Shown here in pieces: positions 23,775 to 35,982 of a DNA stretch of 64,000 bases. Position numbers and translations under genes: made by a program. The stretch lies in assembly GCA_965113315.1 (NCBI GenBank), contig OZ220374.1; one strand, 5' to 3'. How positions within the stretch are numbered: the first letter of the stretch is position 1; the number at the start of each line of letters is the position of its first letter. Source of the DNA: Podarcis vaucheri (Eukaryota). The notes under the pieces were generated by a model. It searched no databases. It was not told where the DNA came from and saw only the letters and a program-made list of their open reading frames with translations.

Positions 23775-24745
23775 TACTGACACACCGTAGCTGTCTGAGT
23801 TTAACTAAGGCAAGGGTGTCTTTCTACACAAGCACAAAATGTCATTACAACAGATCCAGTTAAACATTTCCCTAGCACCAGTGACACCAGGAATCACTGA
23901 GATGACCTACACAATTATTGTCCAGAGGGATCATAAACCGCAATAGAACAACAAGATTTTGGGAGCAGACAGTAATGAGTTGTGGAGATGATATACCAAA
24001 AAAAAAACCCCCCAAACCTCTCTCCCCTAATGGGAGGGTGGGAAATGCTGTCCAAATGACCTTTTATTGCTTTCTGTAATTGATTTTAGAAAGGCCTTTG
24101 GGCTGCTCCAGACATACTTGGCTATCTGAACGGCTAGGGAGTTCCCTTCAAAGGAGACCTACCAAAGGGGAGCTAAATGTTTCTCCCGAGATGAAGTTAA
24201 ACATTAAGGAAAAAAAGAAAGCACCGATCTGTGGGGTCAGATCTGTTTTGGCTGCCTGTCCCTGGTTTAAATTACCACTGCTGTGAAAGGCAAGTTTACC
24301 AGCTCGGCCGTTCTGAGCGCCTACAGCGAACAGCGAGAACGAGTTTCAACTGGAGCGCCTAAAAGCTTTTTCTTTGCATTACCCAAATTTATTACTTGGA
24401 AACTAAATATTTGTTCAAAGAACCTCTGGAGGTGTTCGAGTACATAGGCGATTCCACCCCCCACCCCTCCCGTCTTCTTCTTGTTCCTCCTCTTAAAGGA
24501 GTGGGAGAGAGCTTAGATATTTCTTTCTTCTGCAATAGCCACATGCGCCACCCATATTCTCAAATCCTTTGATTAAACAGGGAATGTTTCACCTCTGTCT
24601 TGTTCTGTGGTGGGCTTTTATGAGTTCTCCATGATCAGTTTTCAAAGTGCTTTGCAATCTCTTTTTAACTGTAGTCATCCTTGGAACCACCTGTCCTGGG
24701 AGGGAGGTGGCTATTGTCTCCGTTTTGCAATTGGGGGAACTGAGC

Positions 24746-25028
24746 CAGCAACATAGCATGCGTTACTGGCACCCGGGGCGGTGCAAGTATTCCCCCCACC
24801 ACCAGCGAACTGGGCAGCTGGGGTGGGGGGTTCATGCAGAGCCCACATGGAGGGTGAACAGAGCTTGCCTCCAATAGGCTCCTTGCCCACTGCCTCCATC
24901 CACCTGCCCACTGCCGTTGCACCTCAGCTGCCAAGGCTCCATGTATGTCGTGGGGGCACCTCCTCAAAAATGTGTGCATGGGCTGGGGCCTGCAGGAGGC
25001 CCCCTGGTCTCCCCATGCTATGCCTCTG
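24746..25028. mobile_element. hAT MITE (same terminal family as 21954 and 36978)
   Basis: Imperfect TIR CAG...CATAGCATG / CATGCTATG...CTG. TSD AACTGAGC/AACTGAGT at 24738-24745 and 25029-25036. Confidence 0.75.
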
Positions 25029-25039
25029 AACTGAGTGTA

Positions 25040-25522
25040 AGGTAAAGGTAAAGGGACCCCTGACCATTAGGTCCAGTCGTGACCGACTCTGGGGTTGCGG
25101 CATTCATCTCGCTTTATTGGCCGAGGGAGCCGGCGTACAGCTTCTGGGTCATAATAATAATAATAATAATAATTTATTATTTATACCCCGCCCATCTGGC
25201 TGGGCCTCCCCAGCCACTCTGGGCGGCTTCCATAAAAACCAAAAATACAATAAAATATCACACGTTAAAAACTTCCCTGAAGTGGCCAGCATGACTAAGC
25301 TGTTTCTCGTGAACCAGAGCAGCACACGGAAATGCCGTTTACCTTCCTGCCGGAGCAGTACCTATTTATCTACTTGCACTTTGATGTGCTTTCGAACTGC
25401 TAGGTTGGCAGGAGCAGGGACCAAGCAACGGGAGCTCACCCTCATGGGGAATCAAACCGCCGACCTTCTGATCGGCAAATCCTAGGCTCTGTGGTTTAAC
25501 TGACAGTGCCAACCACATCCCT
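25040..25522 (-). mobile_element. Sauria SINE interrupted by an L2 3' tail (25151-25281)
   Basis: 12-bp TSD GAACTGAGTGTA at 25028-25039 and 25525-25536. The consensus GGGTCAT|GTGGCCAGCATG is split by (AAT)n plus an L2 tail. Confidence 0.93.
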
Positions 25523-25967
25523 TCGAACTGAGTGTAGCATAGCCCAATTAATTAGATACTACCCCACTCTTCATCTAAGGAGGTGGAAGCAAACGTGTAA
25601 GATTCTCCCACCATGGCCCATCATCCATGGCCTCAAGACAGTGATAACCATGATTTCTGACTGTCAGAGAGGAGGCAGATAAGCTCTGATAGATGGTACC
25701 AGCCCTATTTGCAAACTATATAATACTGTTACACACCACCCAGGTCTCCGAGAGGTGCCAGATTCCAGGGCTCCATGCACTTACCCAGGGTTCATGTTTC
25801 CTTTGGAAATGGGGCACAGTGCAGACTGTGGTGTCTTTATGATGCATGGCTTACACACATCTACAACCTGACCCTATGATGGAGGGGTTCAAAGTATTAC
25901 ACTCCCAAAAGGTTCCCTCTCTCCCATTACTGTTGCCTCTGATTCAAACAGGCAGCTCACATTGTGT

Positions 25968-26004
<37 letters not shown>

Positions 26005-26011
26005 CTGCTTG

Positions 26012-26327
26012 CAGGGCTGGATTTTGGTTTGATGAGGCCCTAAGTTACTGAAGCTAATGGGGCCCTTTATATGTCCAGCTGTCCTTTGTCAACAACAAAT
26101 AATCACTCTTTTTTGTGTTGAATATATGCTATATGATAATTTATGGACCTAATAAGTATCTAAAGCCATTTGCCACTGTTGCTGTATGTAGGTTTTATTT
26201 AATTTTTTAAAATCTGATATTTTGGAAATAAACATCCAGGTTTTTTCCCTTTATTTTTTTGGATGGGGCCCAAGGGAGTGGGGCCCTAAGCTATAGCTTG
26301 TTTAGCTTATACGTAAATCTGGCACTG
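26012..26327. mobile_element. hAT-type MITE
   Basis: Imperfect TIR CAGGGCTGGATTT / AAATCTGGCACTG. TSD CCTGCTTG/CCTGCTTC at 26004-26011 and 26328-26335. Confidence 0.75.
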
Positions 26328-28095
26328 CCTGCTTCCTTTAATCAATTGACCCCCTTTCCCCTCACTGCAGTCAGCTGAATTCCTAAAACTTCATCCTAAT
26401 AAAAACCCTGATTAAGGAACTCAGAGCTCAGGGAGGGGCTTCCTGCATTTGCCAGGTGGCACAGAGTCTTTGCCTTGCCCAGCAGCTTCCTTTTTTCTCC
26501 TTTATTTTTTTTCCTCCCAGGTGCTTTCCTGAGCAGAAAAAACTGGTTTGCCCTGTATTTTGACACTCCTAAATTCAGCACCTAGCAGCCCATCTTAATA
26601 CTCCAAGCATTGATTGAATTCTAACACTTACTAAATCCAGGAATTAGGGATGTCTTGCACCCACAAACTCTGGCACCCACAAACTCCTAACAATACAATA
26701 GGGAAAGACTGTGTATCGAAGAAGTACAAAGTGAATTTTCTTCCTTAGTGAGTGGCCACAGTCAGCCCTCTCCCCACATTCTTTCAAAAAATAAGAAAAG
26801 GGTCAGAGGATATTATTTCCATCAGATTTGAGCCAGCCTCTCTTTTTAGAATTCAGTGTATGATATATTCAGTGTACGAATATATTCACTTATGAATATC
26901 CACATACGAATATATTCACTTACGAATTCAGTGTATGATATATTATTATATTATTATGGTACAATATCACGTATTATAGTGGGCTAAGTGAACATGCCTC
27001 TCATTTCAGAGGGCTTTGGTCACTTCAGGGCTGTTCCCACATGCACGACTTACCACTTAATAACTAGCAGTTGTGTGTGTGAACAGTCTCTACTGAAATA
27101 CATACTGCGCAAGTTCTGCTGGTGTTACACAGGCAATGCCCCTTTAGCATTTCACATTGTGCTCTTCATCTCCTGATGAGCTTGCACATCTCAGCACACT
27201 CCAGAAAGTATAGGATATGCAGTTGTTGGTAGGGCTGCTACTTCCCCCCCCTCCTGTCAGGAGTCCTGTCCCCATAACAACTGGCTGGGAGGCAGACAGG
27301 CATTCAACAGGTCAAGCTTTTTCCCAATGTGCTAATAGTGCAGAACCTTCACCCATTGAATGGCTACTTGTTACTGCGGTTGTTGAAGGTCCAAAAGCTC
27401 TGTCTCCAAAGCACAGCAACCTTACTTATGGGGTTGATTGAAAAGTTGTCTGCTGCTGTGTAGTCCACATTTAAAGATCAGAGGGTGGTGGACAACGGAA
27501 GTACCACTGCCTACCACGTGGTCGGAACTGGAGGCGACCAAATATAGCCAACCAGTACACACACAGCGCTGTAGGAAGAAGACAGGTCCCTGCCCTGAGG
27601 GGGTCTGACAATTTAAAACAGACACAGAGGGACTCCGAAAAGGGGGGCGCGCGAATGGAGGCTTGGGTGCGGGGAATAATATGTGATCATTTACATTTAC
27701 TTCGGCTTAGTTTCAATAAGATATGGCGGGGTTCGGTTGGGGGCGACAGTTCCAGAGGAAACAGGAGAAAGGCTGAACAAGAATTAGATTAGACGAGAGA
27801 GGGCGGTTGGGTGCCGTTTATTCAGAAGATGTTTTTATAGCATCCTTCGTCAAAACGATCTCAGCACTAGATGTTGCGGAAAAGACGAGAAGGGGAGGGA
27901 GCCGTGGTCTTGCTTGTTTGCTTCCCGTGAGAGGGGGGCGGGTGTCCGCTGCCACTTTTCACTTCTCTGCTGTTCTTATATTTATTTATAATACTTATAG
28001 CCCGCTTTATAGCCCCGAAAGCTCTTGGAGCACTTTGCAATACATTGATCGAAACAAAAGTCCCACCCAAATCTAGCACACAGGAATAGGAACTA

Positions 28096-28321
28096 CAGTG
28101 GTACCTCGGGTTACATACGCTTCAGGTTACAGACTCCGCTAACCCAGAAATAGTACCTCGGGTTAAGAACTTTGCTTCAGGATGAGAACAGAAATCGTGC
28201 TCCGGCGGTGCGGCGGCAGCGGGAGGCCCCATTAGCTAAAGTGGTGCTTCAGGTTAAGAACAGTTTCAGGTTAAGAACGGACCTCCAGAACGAATTGAGT
28301 ACTTAACCCGAGGTACCACTG
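28096..28321 (+). mobile_element. Tigger/pogo-like MITE
   Basis: Perfect 18-bp TIR. Left TA intact, right TA reads CA. Confidence 0.92.
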
Positions 28322-28929
28322 CATACGGTGTCCGTAGAGGCCAGCTCCTAGGGGCCGACGTCCCTTCGGCACCCCAATAAAATATTTGAGGGGCTGGGTC
28401 CTCATAACAGTTTAGGGGCAGTGCCATTCAAGTGGTGCGCGTTCAAGTTTGTTCGATTGTTCAGGGCAAGGCTTACCTACTCCCCCCCCTAATATTTTAT
28501 TCAAGTTAGCCCCCTGACGGTGTCACTATGGATAATTTCAGGTCCTGACGGTGTCACTATGCATAATTTCAGATGCCTGCCACCTCTACTGCATATTCCA
28601 AAGAAAGGTGTTTTCATATTTCCCTCCACTAAAGGAGCGGAGGAATGTTTCGCCCTTAAAGGGAATTTTGAACAAGCGACGTTAAAAAAACAACAACCTT
28701 CACAAATGATGAAATGTTTATGGCTAGCCCCTGTAATTCAACACAGCATCAAATGTCTCCAAAGCAGATAGAGAAGGATACAGTTCATTTTTTTGCAAAG
28801 CTTTCTTCCCAGCAAGAGAAACACACACAAGCTGTGATCTCAAGCTAGGGGTTTTGGGTGGTGATTTGATTTTTTACTAGGAGTCCATATTTACGTCTTC
28901 TGTATCAGACTTATTTGAATTCGCTTTGG

Positions 28930-29300
28930 TGAAGTTCCAAGCGTTGTTGGGGTTTCAAGGCAGCGCGGCCCCCCGAGGCAATTAGCCGCTCAGCCTTTGC
29001 AAAGCAGAGAGGATTTGTTAGGAACGAGATCAAAGCGGGATCATTTCTGTGCATTAACAGTAGAGCTCTTAGCCTGGCTGCCCCTCCCCCACCGCAAATA
29101 TGCGTTTGATTCTCTTCTTTTGCATTCACACAGACTGAAGGTAAACATCCAGGGCAAGAGAAATGTATATTTAAAGGAGACGGTGGGAAAAGTAAGCGAA
29201 CTTCTTTCTTCTTTTTTAAGGGAGGAAAAGGCAGAGAAATCTTCTTCAGACCGTCGCGCTCTGCTGCTTTGCCTTCCAGAAAGCAAACCTGATTAGGCAA
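28930..29300. promoter_or_regulatory. Candidate developmental enhancer / conserved non-coding element
   Basis: Non-repetitive and CpG-containing. TCF/LEF AGATCAAAG (29027-29035), FOX GTAAACA (29141-29147), POU-like GCAAATATG and several ATTA cores. Confidence 0.5.
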
Positions 29301-31617
29301 TAAAAGGCAAGGGGTCTTTTTTGGTGTGTGTGGTTTTTTTTAAGAAATCGTGGTTCCAATTAACACAGAGACAACTCACGTAGCTTCAGGAGAGAGAGTG
29401 GGGAGGGGGAGTTAAACAGACGAAAGAAAAATACTTTTAAGACTCTCCTGCAACCGGCAAGTAGTGAAGTGACTCCACCGTGTAAAAGAAAAAAGGGGTG
29501 GAAAACGAATTGTTCCTAACACGAGGAAATATTTCCCTTTTGGAAGTGCGCTGGATTTATCAGCTAGCAGTTCGTCAAATAAATCCTGCAGTTTATATAT
29601 ATCTCCCTGGTATGTATTTCATACCTGGAAAACTTGCTTCAACGTTTTATTTCTACAAAGGGACCTATTAACCCTACTTTGCACCGCTGTAACCTTTTGG
29701 GGAAGTAAGGGGTGTGTGAGTTTTTTCCTTTTTTGCAGAAACCTGCAGAACTGGTGCTCCCTTAGCGTCACCAGTTTTGCTCAGCGCTGGTCTGTCTTTG
29801 CAGTTCTGCAAGATAAACGCGTTTCTCTGTCTGCTCTTGTGCCTACACAGATGGTACTCTGTGTGTGTGTGTGAGAGAGAGAGAGAGGGGGGGGGGGAGA
29901 AGTCCAGCGCCCTCAATTCCTCAAATGGCCGCAATGCCGAGAGCTGCTTTAGCTAAGATGATTTAGCTAAGATTCCTGCATGGGGGCTGGACTAGATGAC
30001 CCTTGGTGTCCCTCCAACTCTACAATCTATGATTCTCTGTTACATGAAGCCACAATGCACTTCTATTTTAATCCTGTTGAAGTGGGGCTTCTCATGAGTA
30101 AGTAGGGAACTGATGCACTCCAAGTCAAGCACTTTTAGGCTGCAATCCTAGACTCTTTCCCCAGGATTCAGGCCGATTTAACTTAGTGGGGATTGCTTAT
30201 GAGTAGAACTAGGACTGCGCTGTTAGGCTGCTTTCCTAAGCACAGTCTGACAGTTAAACCCCTTTGAACACATTGAGGTTTCCCTCCAAATACAGTATAC
30301 TTAATCTGGACCGGGTTGCGCGTGTCTGACTGATCTCAACTGGAGAAATTCACAGCTCCATCCCACGTGTGATTATTGGTAAGTCTTTGGTTTCAATAGG
30401 ACTTGTTTCCAAGAAAGTGCGGCATGAGACCGCAGCCTTAAGGACGGCCTCAACCTTTCCAACTGAAATCAATAGTACTTAAGAGCTTGATTTCGACTAA
30501 CTGCTTGGTCATATCCTAAACGATCTAAATGACGCACGTGACACCTAAGATGTGCATTTTCAGGACCCACCCTGTGACTGTATTTTGTTTTAGCTGCTTT
30601 AAACACTGAAGTTTAAATTGTTGTAACCCGCCCAGGGACCCGCTGGTGAAAGGCGAGTGACAACGACGACGACGACAACAACAGTAATAATAGCGGGACA
30701 GTAATCCTAATGCACTAGCAAAGGATTTGGATTTAACTTCGTAAGTGGAGTTAAACATCTTTTTTGCTTCTTCTTAAAGCCATTACATGGAATTAAACGA
30801 TCCACTGGCATTTAGAAGTGGGGTGTCAGCTGCCTTTAAATCCGTGGGGCTGTACTCATACGCTGGCTATATATAGGCACAAACCAGAGAAAGCTGAGTG
30901 GACTAAAAATAACGTCTCATCCAAATAGATGGTACTGGTTTCTTAGTTTCCAAGTAAATAAATGTGCTGGTGGCCATCATAGTCGTGACAGTAGCGGCAG
31001 TAAGAGAGGAGCCCCACTGGTCCTGTATCAGACCGGGCTTCCATCGAGTAAGCATCCTGTTCTCAGCAGTGGCCTGCCAGATACTTCCTGGAAACCCACA
31101 AGCAGGGCAGGAAGTCAGCAGCCCTTGCCAGCAATTAGCATTCAGAGCTTTGCCCCCAGCAGTTCAGAGGTGAACAGCTTCTGGGAAAAGCAGAAGCCTA
31201 ACTTCCAACAAACAAGTATCCTGGTGTACAATGCTGAAGGCTGATTATTAGTTCCCAGTTCTACTTTTCGATCACCATAATTCTACAGTGTTCCACAATA
31301 TCTCTGACCCTACTGCAAAGAAACTCTGGGATCTACTGAAGTCTATGAGGCATCACCAAGTTGGTTTCAGTGCCACTAGGGATTAATTGGTCTTAAACAT
31401 GGCAGGGAAGAAAATCCAATACCTGGGCCAGAAGGTTTGCTTCTCTGCCTCTTCCATTTCAGTGCCAAATGAGACCATCAACATCAGACTTCAGCAGAAG
31501 TCAAGACCACAGGATAGTTTGTGCTATGGCATATATATATTTAAACAGGTCCTTGGATGAAGAAATGATGGTTAAATTTAATCTGGGGACCAGGGAGCTG
31601 AAGTCCCTCTGATTGAT

Positions 31618-32009
31618 TATTGTTGTTGTTGTTTAGTCGTTTAGTCGTGTCCGACTCTTCGTGACCCCATGGACCAGAGCACGCCAGGCACTTCTGTCTT
31701 CCACTGCCTCCCGCAGTTTGGTCAAACTCATGCTGGTAGCTTCGAGAACACTATCCAACCATCTCGTCGTCTGTCGTCCCCTTCTTCTTGTGCCCTCCAT
31801 CTTTCCCAACATCAGGGTCTTTTCCAGGGAGTCTTCTCTTCTCATGAGGTGGCCAAAGTATTGGAGCCTCAGCTTCAGGATCTGTCCTTCCAGTGAGCAC
31901 TCAGGGCTGATTTCCTTAAGAATGGAGAGGTTTGATCTTCTTGCAGTCCATGGGACTTTCAAGAATCTCCTCCAGCACCATAATTCAAAAGCATCAATTC
32001 TTCGGCGAT
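31618..32009 (-). mobile_element. BovB/RTE LINE 3' end with intact ORF C-terminus
   Basis: VPWTARRSNLSILKEISPECSLEGQILKLRLQYFGHLMRREDSLEKTLMLGK...RRRGRQTTRWLD...WRALVHGVTKSRTRLND, followed by a (CAA)n tail. Confidence 0.95.
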
Positions 32010-32501
32010 AGACTTAGTTAAAAAAAATTCTTTTAGTGAAGCCAGGCAAAGAAACACATAGTTACAAATGCAATTAGCATCTGAGTTTGCCAGGCATTTC
32101 ATTTGTCAGTAATTGTCCCCTACTGTATGTTATCCTTTCTATCACAGACATCCTGGGAGTCTGGCCAGGACCGTAAGTTGGCCAGGAGGAGGAGGAGGAG
32201 GGAGGGAGGGAGGTTGCCTTTGGAGATAATCACAGCCCTGGAATGTGACACATATATTTCATTTCCTTCTGGGGCCTTTTGCTAACTTATCTCCCTTGCT
32301 GTGGGTGGTTTCCGGTTCCAAATGCAGGACTGCTGCAGGAAGGAAGTCCCAGCGCCCTGAGTGCGACTTATTTCCGAGTAGACCAGCTTGTACAATTTCA
32401 CTGAGCATGCAGAACGATCCTAAGCATTTATCTCTACTCAGAAATAAATCCCTGAGTTCACATACTCTGAGTTCACATACTCAAAGTAGGCATGTACAGT
32501 A

Positions 32502-32727
32502 CAGTGGTACCTCGGGTTAAGTACTTAATTCGTTCCGGAGGTCCGTACTTAACCTGAAACTGATCTTAACCTGAAGCACCACTTTAGCTAATGGGGCCTC
32601 CTGCTGCTGCCGCGCCACCGGAGCACAATTTCTGTTCTCATCCTGAAGCAAAGTTTTTAACCTGAAGCACTATTTCTGGGTTAGCAGAGTCTGTAACCTG
32701 AAGCGTATGTAACCTGAGGTACCACTG
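32502..32727 (-). mobile_element. Tigger/pogo-like MITE
   Basis: TIR CAGTGGTACCTC(G/A)GGTTA with TA TSD on both sides. Confidence 0.92.
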
Positions 32728-34391
32728 TATAGGCCTTACAGTCTAAACAGATTATACTCAGAAGTAAGCCTAGGTACTTTTTAAATGCCTAGGTAAGCCA
32801 GTAAGGTCATGAGTCAGCACATTTATGGATTCCACCTGCATATTTGCTGCTATGGGCTTTTTCTCTCCCCCACCCCTATTACTGCATTATTGTTTATTAA
32901 ATCAGTTTGTATATGGTTCCATTAGGGCTACACCGCTCTATCTGCCCTGGGCTGTTTTAGGAGGAAAAGTGGGTCAGAAACATTAGCAGCAGCAACAACA
33001 ATGTCCTTACAACAAAATTGTTAACAAAATTTGATACCGGACAATCTTAACTTTCCCTCCGTCGCTGGATTTTTTTATTTTTTTTTTAGGATGGAGGGTC
33101 AAGGATTTTAATATGCCCAAAGTTCTGTGGTATGTTTGGAACAAAACTTCTTGTGAGTTCACAGATGAGCCAACAGAAGAGTGCTACAGATGAATAAGAA
33201 GATTGGAAATTAATATATGGAGCATAGCCTGTTACTTGTTTTTGTTTCTAGGTACAGGAATGCAATGCTGCCAGGAAGTCCCGCCCTCTGACCTAAAATG
33301 CCTTACCCTGAATCGCAGACAGGAGGGGGTGCTGCTGGTGCAGAGAACAATAGTATAAAATCTACTGAAACATCCGGAAGGAGTGAGCAAGCTTCCAAAT
33401 GAAATGAGTCTCTTAAACCTTTCTTTTTAAGTGGGAGAGGTTCTTTATACCTCTTCTGTACCATTGTAATATTGCTTCTGACTGCAGTGTAGCCTGGAGG
33501 CTTTTCTACCAGGCCCACTGACACTTTCACCAACACCCACACTTTTATCCTATTGAACCTTTAGGGTTGGGGTATGTTTATACATTTTATTAAATTAACT
33601 ACTTCCAGCCTTATGAAAGGATTGAAAGTTTGCTCGCTAGTACACTGATACTTCAATTAGCTACAGCCTACCCATCCTCAACAAGGCCACTGTCAATATT
33701 TGTCAGGTATGGGTCTGTCCTTCCATTCACAACAGGTTCCAGGGTTAGAATAAAAACTGCTTGCTACGAAGACTGAATCTCAAAGAATTTTTCATATCAT
33801 GGGTCAGAAGGGTTCTGTAATTCTTTTGCCTTTCCAGGATATGCAGCCCTTCAGACGCTGATGGACTCCAACTCCCATCAGCCTCAACTAGCATGGCCAA
33901 TGGTCAAAGAGGTTTGGAGCTGTAGTCCAACAACATGTGAAGGATCACAATTCCCCATCTCTGTTACTTTCCCTGACTTTCCTTGTGAGGAACAGTCTCA
34001 CTCAGTGTCTCAGTGTTATCATCAACCCTGGCCTGCGAAAGGCTACTTTATTAGGTATATTGTTGAACTAGGAAGTGTATATTGGAAGTGCAGCCCTACA
34101 GCAATCATTGAAACATACCATTATAAAACAACCTAAGTTGATAATGTCTCATAGGGACTCCTGTTCTTTACTTCCGATCAAATGAGTGCCATCTGCTATT
34201 TGCAACATGCCTGAAAGCAGACTAGCATCCCAATTTTAAGTAAATACAGTTGTTCAAAAGAAATGAGGTCATATCAAATAGTTTGAATGTGATTTGCAAA
34301 TATGCTTTTGGCACAGCCTTAGGGATGCTTCATTCATTTATCCTTGGGTGGTATCTAATAAATATCACCATCTGAATCTGCATCTAGCATG

Positions 34392-34879
34392 TTTGGACTA
34401 TAGGACACACTTTTTCCCCTCCAAAAATGAAGGGGAAATGTGTGTGCGTCCTATAGGGTGAACGCAGGCTTTCGATGAAGCCTGGAGAGCGAGAGGGGTC
34501 GGTGTGCACCGACCCCTCTCGCTATCCAGGCTTCAGGAAGCTATCCGCAAGCCTTGGGAGCCCGCGGGAGTTCCTGCTGGGCTCCCTAGGCTTGCGGATA
34601 GCAGCCTGCACCCCAAAGCCTGGGGCGAGCTGAGCAGCGCGCCCCGGGCTTCAGGCAGATATCCGCAAGCCTGGAGAGCCCTGTGGGAGTTCCCGCCGGG
34701 CTCCCAAGGCTTGCGGATAGCAGCCTGTTCTGGGAGCTGAGATCGGGGGAAGCTCGGGCTTCCCCCGCCCCAGCCCCGCGCCTGGGGGGGAAATATTTTT
34801 TTTCTTTATTTCCCCCCCCCCCAAAAAAACTAGGTGCGTCCTATGGGCCGGTGCGCCCTATAGGGCGAAAAATACGGTA
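34392..34879. mobile_element. Tc1/mariner (Tc2-like) non-autonomous element, left end eroded, with internal palindrome array
   Basis: Right end CTATAGGGCGAAAAATACGG-TA. Subterminal GTGCGTCCTAT repeats at both ends. GC/CpG-rich hairpins inside. Confidence 0.75.
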
Positions 34880-35653
34880 GGCTCTTTAGACAATGGAAAT
34901 AGCACATATTGGCAATTTTACCCCATAACTTACCTTCATGCAGGTTTTAAATACGGGGATATTTATTTGTTTGCACTCAATAAATATACTCAAAATATAC
35001 ACATTTAACACTTCATTGGGAAACAGCTCAACACAATACATATCTAAGGACATCAGCATGGATAGCTCAGTAACAAATGCTTTTCTTTGTTGTGAGAGAG
35101 TTAGCTAAATAATCCTAAGTATAACTAAACAAACACACATGTACAGTGGAAACTCTGTCTATAGTATTTGATTTGCAAAAGGGCTATTCCTCACATGCAA
35201 TAAGTGGCTTTTGATGTTGCAGTCATCTAGGGTTCCATGCATCCCTTTCTTCAGAGCAGGTGTTGGGAAAAATTTGGCCCTCCGAGTGTTGCTGAACTAC
35301 AACTCCCACCAGCTCCAGCAAGGATGACCAATGTCCAGGGTTTATGGGAGAGAGAGTTCAGCAACATTTGAGAGCCAAAGGTTCACCCACACCTACCTCA
35401 GAGTGACCCTTACAGCCCATTCCTATGCATGTTTATTGAGCCCTACTGGACTTCACTGGAATATTGGGTTGCATTTTGTGTAAGCCCTACTCGGAGTAGA
35501 CCCACTGAAATTAATAGCCAAACTAACTTAGGATCATTAAACTTTAGTTGAATACAACCCAGTGTTTCCCCTTGGTGTTAGCATGACTTTTTAAACAACT
35601 AACAGTGGTATAAAAAATGTCTGCATGTTAACTAGTAGTCAGTAAGCATCATT

Positions 35654-35982
35654 GGGGACGCGGGTGGCGCTGTGGGTTAAACCACAGAGCCTAGGACTTG
35701 CTGATCAGAAGGTTGGCGGTTCAAATCCCCATGATGGGGTGAGCTCCCATTGCTCGGTCTCTGCTCCTGCCAACCTAGCAGTTCGAAGGCACGTCAAAGT
35801 GCAAGTAGATAAATAGGAACCGCTCCAGCGGGAAGGTAAACGGAGTTTCCGTGCACTGCTCTGGTTCACCAGAAGCAGCTTGGTCATGCTGGCCACATGA
35901 TCCGGAAGCTGTACGTCGGCTCCTTTGTCCAATAAAGTGAAATGAGCACCGCAACCCCAGAGTTGGCCACGACTTTACCTTT
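35654..35982 (+). mobile_element. Sauria SINE
   Basis: GGGACGCGGGTGGCGCTGTGGG head, conserved body and TTTACCTTT tail. Imperfect TSD TAAGCATCAT/TAAGCCTCAT. Confidence 0.95.

Noticed and set aside
28513-28572. ~31-bp tandem duplication (and the repeats at 26849-26960) as CRISPR-like repeats
   Set aside because: Eukaryotic DNA, only two adjacent units, no spacers and no cas genes. This is a simple tandem duplication.
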